This document shows, one piece after another, positions 59,501 to 64,000 of a stretch of DNA of 64,000 nt (its first letter is position 1; every line of letters starts with the position of its first letter). A program made the translations under genes and the position numbers. The DNA is from Alphaproteobacteria bacterium. GTDB lineage: Bacteria > Pseudomonadota > Alphaproteobacteria > SHVV01. The stretch covers positions 2,112,001 to 2,176,000 of the forward strand of contig OZ253470.1 in assembly GCA_965261735.1 (NCBI GenBank), in the 5' to 3' direction. A model generated the notes under the pieces. The model ran no database searches, had not been told where the DNA came from, and saw nothing but the letters and a program-made list of their open reading frames with translations.

Positions 59501-60625
59501 TCAGCCCTGGGCGGCCAGGCTCGCGGCCTCCGGCACCTCGATGCCGTAGAGGCGGGCGGCGTTGCCGCAGGTGAGGTCTTCTTGCACGTCCGCGGGCAGG
59601 GTGGCGAAGGTCTCGGTCACGATCTTCAGGCTGTTGGGAAACGTGCACCGGGGATGCGGGAAGTCCGAGCCCCAGAGCAGCGTCTTGGGATCGACGATGT
59701 CGAGGGTGCGGTCGATGTAGGGGTCGTCGACGGTGCCGTGATAGACGTTGCGCATGAACTCGGCGACCGGCTTGTCGGGCATCTTCATGCCGAGCGCCGG
59801 GCCGAGCGAGAGGCGCCGCTGCTCGGCCCGGAACATCCAATAGGGCAGCCACGAGACCTCGAACTCCGAGAGCACCACCTTGAGGTCGGGGAAGCGCTCG
59901 AGGATGCCGCCGAAGATGAACTCGTTCGACAGTACCGGCGCCGCCTCGCTGAGCACGTGCCAGCTATAGCGCGGCGCGTCGTTGCGCTCCTCGCCGTGTA
60001 GCGTGAACGGATCGCGCGCATTGCCGGTGATGATGTGCAACACCACCGGCATGCCGATGGCTTGCGCACGCGCCCAGAAGCGATCGTAGCGCGGCGATCG
60101 GTAGGGCTCCCAATCGGGCCGCGTATCACAGTTGATCATGGCCGCGACCAGCCCCTTCTTGGCCACCCGCTCGAGCTCCGCGATCGCCCAGTCGACGTCC
60201 TCCATGTAGACCATGGCGGTGCCGAGGAGGCGTTTGGGGTTCTCGCTGCAATGCTCGGCCAGCCAGTCGTTGAAGACGCGGCAGCAGTCGCGCGCGAGAT
60301 CGTGGTTGCGCGCCCGCATGGTGTAGAGCATCGAGGTCGCGTTGAGGACCTCGGCCCAAATACCGTCCTCGTCGTCGCAGGCAAGGCGCACCGCCGGATC
60401 CTCGGTGGCGGCCACCATCTTGTCTTTCAACGCGCCCTCGCCGTCGACGAGCTCGCCGACCTTGAAGCATTCGTATCCGGTGAAATAGAACTTGCCGGCC
60501 TCGCCGCGGAACTCGCCGACCTCGCCCGGCGTTTCGTCGCCGTACTTTTCGCGCAGCGGGCGCGAGAACAGATCGACCGGTTCGATGACGTGGGAGTCGG
60601 CGGAGATCAGCAGTCGGCCCGGCAT
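59501..60625 (-). CDS. Amidohydrolase-2 family protein (paralog of 24252-25346)
   Basis: ISADSHVIEP, FNDWLAEHC, ERFPDLKVVLSEFE, WGSDFPH. Confidence 0.9.
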   Translation of the reverse strand: MPGRLLISADSHVIEPVDLFSRPLREKYGDETPGEVGEFRGEAGKFYFTGYECFKVGELVDGEGALKDKMVAATEDPAVRLACDDEDGIWAEVLNATSMLYTMRARNHDLARDCCRVFNDWLAEHCSENPKRLLGTAMVYMEDVDWAIAELERVAKKGLVAAMINCDTRPDWEPYRSPRYDRFWARAQAIGMPVVLHIITGNARDPFTLHGEERNDAPRYSWHVLSEAAPVLSNEFIFGGILERFPDLKVVLSEFEVSWLPYWMFRAEQRRLSLGPALGMKMPDKPVAEFMRNVYHGTVDDPYIDRTLDIVDPKTLLWGSDFPHPRCTFPNSLKIVTETFATLPADVQEDLTCGNAARLYGIEVPEAASLAAQG

Positions 60626-60752
60626 GTCGTCCTCCCCTTTGTCGCGGCGGCCCGGCAGGCGGCGGCGCGAGCTTTGCCCGCATGTTGACCCTGGCGCCGG
60701 CCGCGGTCAACGCGCGAAAGTGCGTGGCCCGAGTGCTAGAATGCTTGAAGCC

Positions 60753-62453
60753 ATGACCTATGACCTCAAGATTCGCGACGCCACTATCGTCGATGGCACC
60801 GGCGCGCCTGCCTACCGCGGCGACATCGGCATCGCGGGCGGGCGCATCGTCGCGCTCGGTGGCGCACCGGGCGCGGCGCGCGAGAGCATCGACGCCGGCG
60901 GCCTCGTCGCCGCCCCCGGCTTTATCGACATCCACACCCACTACGATGCACAGGTCATATGGGACTCGACGCTGGCGATCTCGCCGTGGCACCGCGTGAC
61001 GACGGCGGTGATGGGCAATTGCGGTTTCGGTATCGCGCCGACGCGGGCCGCGCACCGCGACATGATCCTGCGCACGCTGGAGCGGGTCGAGGCGATGAGC
61101 CTGGCGTCGCTGCGCGCGGGTCTCGGCGAGGACTGGGGCTTCGAGACGTTCCCAGAATATCTCGACGCGGTGGAGGCGCGCGGCACCCAGATCAACATCG
61201 GCTGCTACCTCGGCCACACACCGCTGCGCCTCTACGTCATGGGCGCCGATGCGGTGCGCCGCGAGGCGACCGAGGCCGAGCTCGCGGCCATGTGCCGCCT
61301 CGTTCGCGAGGGTATGGAAGCGGGCGCCCTCGGCTTCTCGACGACGCGCTTTACCGGCCACAACGGCTTCGACGGCGAGCCCGTGCCGAGCCGGCTCGCG
61401 AGCCTCGCCGAGCTCGACGCTCTCGTTGGCACCATGGCGGAGGCGGGGCACGGCATCATGCAAACCACGGCCGGGGATCTGCTCCTGGACGGACTGGAGG
61501 ACCTGGCGCGCGCGCACGGCGTTACCATTGCCTGGTCGGCGCTCCTCAGCGGCATGCGCGGGCCCGGCTCGCACCGCGATTATCTCGAGCATACCCGCCG
61601 CCTGATCGAGGACGAGGGCCTGAACATCGTCCCGCAGACGTCGCCGCGGCCCCTGTGCATCGACTTCACCTTCGACGAGCCGTTCCCGTTCGAGCGTCAG
61701 GCCCTGTTCGTGCCGACGATGAAGACCGACCGCGAGGGCCGCAAGGCGATCTATCGCGACCCCGCCTTCCGGGCCGCCTTCAAGGAGGACGAGCGCGGTG
61801 CCGCGGCGGCCGTGGTCGGCTGGGCCGGGCGCACGGTGATTTCGCACTCGCCGTCGCAACCGGAGATCACCGAGCGGCTCGTCGCTGACGTGGCACGCGA
61901 GCGCGGCGTCCACCCGGTCGATCTCGTGCTCGACCTCAGCCTTGATTCCGACTTCGGCGCGCGCTTTCGCTTCGCCACCCTCAACGACGACGAGACCGCG
62001 GTCGGCGAGATCCTGCGCGACCGCCACGCGGTGATCGCGCTGTCCGACGCCGGCGCCCACAACAGCCAGCTCTGCGATGCCTGCTACACCACCGACCTGC
62101 TCGGCCGCTGGGTGCGCGAGAAGGGGGTGCTGAGCCTCGAGGAGGGTGTGCGCAGCCTGACGGAGCGCCCGGCCGAGGTCCTCGGGCTCGACGACCGTGG
62201 TCGCCTCAAAGAGGGGCTGGCCGCCGACATCGTCCTGTTCGATCCGGAAACGGTGGGCGCCAGCGAGCTGCGCCGCGTCCACGACCTGCCCGCCGGCGCC
62301 GACCGCCTGATCTCCGATGCCAGCGGCATCGCCGCCGTCTTCGTCAACGGAACGCTCATCCGCCGCGACGGCGCCGACGCCCTGCCCGCGGGCGCGCCCC
62401 TACCCGGCCGACTGCTACGCGGGCACGCGACCCGAGCAGGCCCCGGGGCATAA
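60753..62453 (+). CDS. N-acyl-D-amino-acid deacylase family (paralog of 32681-34360)
   Basis: PGFIDIHTHYDAQ, MGNCGFG, SDAGAH, DLPAGADRL. Confidence 0.9.
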   Translation: MTYDLKIRDATIVDGTGAPAYRGDIGIAGGRIVALGGAPGAARESIDAGGLVAAPGFIDIHTHYDAQVIWDSTLAISPWHRVTTAVMGNCGFGIAPTRAAHRDMILRTLERVEAMSLASLRAGLGEDWGFETFPEYLDAVEARGTQINIGCYLGHTPLRLYVMGADAVRREATEAELAAMCRLVREGMEAGALGFSTTRFTGHNGFDGEPVPSRLASLAELDALVGTMAEAGHGIMQTTAGDLLLDGLEDLARAHGVTIAWSALLSGMRGPGSHRDYLEHTRRLIEDEGLNIVPQTSPRPLCIDFTFDEPFPFERQALFVPTMKTDREGRKAIYRDPAFRAAFKEDERGAAAAVVGWAGRTVISHSPSQPEITERLVADVARERGVHPVDLVLDLSLDSDFGARFRFATLNDDETAVGEILRDRHAVIALSDAGAHNSQLCDACYTTDLLGRWVREKGVLSLEEGVRSLTERPAEVLGLDDRGRLKEGLAADIVLFDPETVGASELRRVHDLPAGADRLISDASGIAAVFVNGTLIRRDGADALPAGAPLPGRLLRGHATRAGPGA

Positions 62454-63548
62454 ATGACCGAGGTCACGGCCGCGGTTCTCGAGGAGACCGAGGGTGCCTT
62501 TCGGCTCCAGTCTCTCGACCTCGACGAGCCGCGCGAGGACGAGGTCCTGGTGCGTATCGTGGCGGCCGGCATCTGCCACACCGATTCCGGCGTCCAGGCG
62601 TTGGTGCCCAAGCCGGCGGTGCTCGGCCATGAGGGCGCGGGTGTGGTCGAGCGGGTCGGCTTGCGGGTGACCCGAGTGAGGCCCGGCGATCACGTCGTGC
62701 TGACCTTCGGCAGCTGCGGCGCCTGTCCGGGCTGCGCGGGCGGCACGCCGCACCTGTGCGAGAATGGGCATGCGTTGCAATTCGCCTGCCGGCGCGGCGA
62801 CGGCAGCACCACCCTGTCGACACCGCAGCACCCGGTCTTTGGTGCGTTCTTCCAGCAATCCTCGTTCGCCACGCACGCGCTGGCGACCGAGCGCAACGCG
62901 GTCGTCGTGGCGCGCGACGTCCCGCTCGAATTGCTCGGCCCGCTGGGTTGCGGTTTTCAGACCGGCGCCGGCGCGGTCATGAACTCGCTCGATGTGCGTG
63001 CCGGTCAGAGCCTCGCGGTGTTCGGCGTCGGCGCCGTCGGCCTGAGCGCGGTGATGGCGGGCGCGGTCGTCGGTGCGGCGCCGATCGTAGCCATCGACGT
63101 CAACGCGGCACGGCTCGATCTCGCGCGCGCGCTCGGCGCGACGCACGCCCTCAACGCCGATGTGGGCGACGTGGCCGACGAGATAGGGGCCATCACCGGC
63201 CGCGGCGTCGATGCCGCGCTCGAAACCTCGGGCGTCGAGCAGTCGTTCAACGACGCCATCGCGTGCCTCGCCATGGGCGGCGCCTGCGGCTTGGTCACCA
63301 TCCCCCATATCGGCACCACCTTTCCCTTCACCCCGCGCGGGCTATTGGGCAAGGCGGCGAGCTTGCGCGGCGTTATCGAGGGCTCGAGCGTGCCCGAGAC
63401 CTTCATACCGCAGCTGATCGAGCTCTACCGCGAGGGCCGCTTTCCCATGGATCGCCTCGTCACGTACTACCCGTTCGCCGAGATCAACTCCGCGTTCCGG
63501 GATGCCGCCGCCGGCACCGCGATTAAGCCGATCCTGCGTATGGCGTAA
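62454..63548 (+). CDS. Zn-dependent aryl/benzyl-alcohol dehydrogenase
   Basis: GICHTD, GHEGAG, CGACPGC..C, FFQQSSFATH, GPLGCGFQTGAG, GVGAVG. Confidence 0.92.
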   Translation: MTEVTAAVLEETEGAFRLQSLDLDEPREDEVLVRIVAAGICHTDSGVQALVPKPAVLGHEGAGVVERVGLRVTRVRPGDHVVLTFGSCGACPGCAGGTPHLCENGHALQFACRRGDGSTTLSTPQHPVFGAFFQQSSFATHALATERNAVVVARDVPLELLGPLGCGFQTGAGAVMNSLDVRAGQSLAVFGVGAVGLSAVMAGAVVGAAPIVAIDVNAARLDLARALGATHALNADVGDVADEIGAITGRGVDAALETSGVEQSFNDAIACLAMGGACGLVTIPHIGTTFPFTPRGLLGKAASLRGVIEGSSVPETFIPQLIELYREGRFPMDRLVTYYPFAEINSAFRDAAAGTAIKPILRMA

Positions 63549-63568
63549 GCGCGTGGAGCCAGGCGGCT

Positions 63569-64000
63569 TCAGCCCACCACGCCGAAGCCCTTGGCCGCGT
63601 TCCACAGGAAGAGCAGGCCGCCGAGGGTGACCACGACCTCGACGACGAGCGTGTGAATCCGGATCGAGGTGCGCTCGAGGATCCAGCGGCCGACGAAAGT
63701 GCCGGGCAGGGCGCACAGGCCGACGAGCACGCCGGCCAGTGCCATGCCGCCATCGAGCGTCGCCAAGCTCCCGAACACGACCGTCTTGGTGAAATTGAGC
63801 GTGACGGCGATGGCCGCCAGCGTGGCGACCAGCTGCCCGCCAACGACACCGGTGCCGAGCAGGAAGGGGACCAGCATCATACCGGCGCCGATGGTGCCGC
63901 CGGCGAGCACGCCCCAGCTGCCGCCGAGCACCGCGAGGGTGGCGCGGCCGGCGCGAAACCTGCGCCGTTCGAGATAGCGCCGGAGCGGTGCCGTGCCGAT
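63569..64000 (-). CDS. TauE/SafE (TSUP) family membrane protein, C-terminal part
   Basis: Multiple Gly-rich hydrophobic segments (GVLAGGTIGAGMMLVPFLL, GTFVGRWIL); 5' end is outside the window. Confidence 0.75.
   Translation of the reverse strand: MGTAPLRRYLERRRFRAGRATLAVLGGSWGVLAGGTIGAGMMLVPFLLGTGVVGGQLVATLAAIAVTLNFTKTVVFGSLATLDGGMALAGVLVGLCALPGTFVGRWILERTSIRIHTLVVEVVVTLGGLLFLWNAAKGFGVVG

Overview
High-GC alphaproteobacterial chromosome segment. The first ~18 kb is intact core genome: recR-ybaB-dnaX-ffs, nudC, pheA-kdsB-cytochrome c-hisN, a yejAABEF ABC transporter and ghrA. From ~19 to ~46 kb lies an eroding accessory zone. It holds catabolic genes (Rid, PhyH-like, amidohydrolases, MmgE/PrpD, epimerase) and insertion sequences: an ISKra4 remnant, IS630, three near-identical IS1595 copies plus a second IS1595 type, IS3 and IS256. 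It also holds pseudogenes and the remains of a probable tRNA-targeting integrative element (Prim-Pol/VapE helicase gene, tRNA 3' fragment, collapsed serine recombinase). The region 46-64 kb carries GST, a NodIJ-like exporter, aldehyde dehydrogenase, a lower-GC cargo stretch and a putative N-heterocycle/aromatic catabolic cluster. Two unexplained structures stand out. (1) At 17971-18687, an array of ~13 degenerate 15-mers (ATGAGGACRYRAGGC) spaced mostly 15 or 20 nt apart leads into a sigma70 promoter, an operator-like palindrome and an orphan gene with a SeqA-N-like ribbon-helix-helix N-terminus. (2) At 50.6-55.7 kb, four co-oriented 27-bp imperfect palindromes of equal spacing bracket unrelated cargo genes like recombination-site-delimited cassettes. 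All calls come from reading the sequence by eye; no database searches were run.
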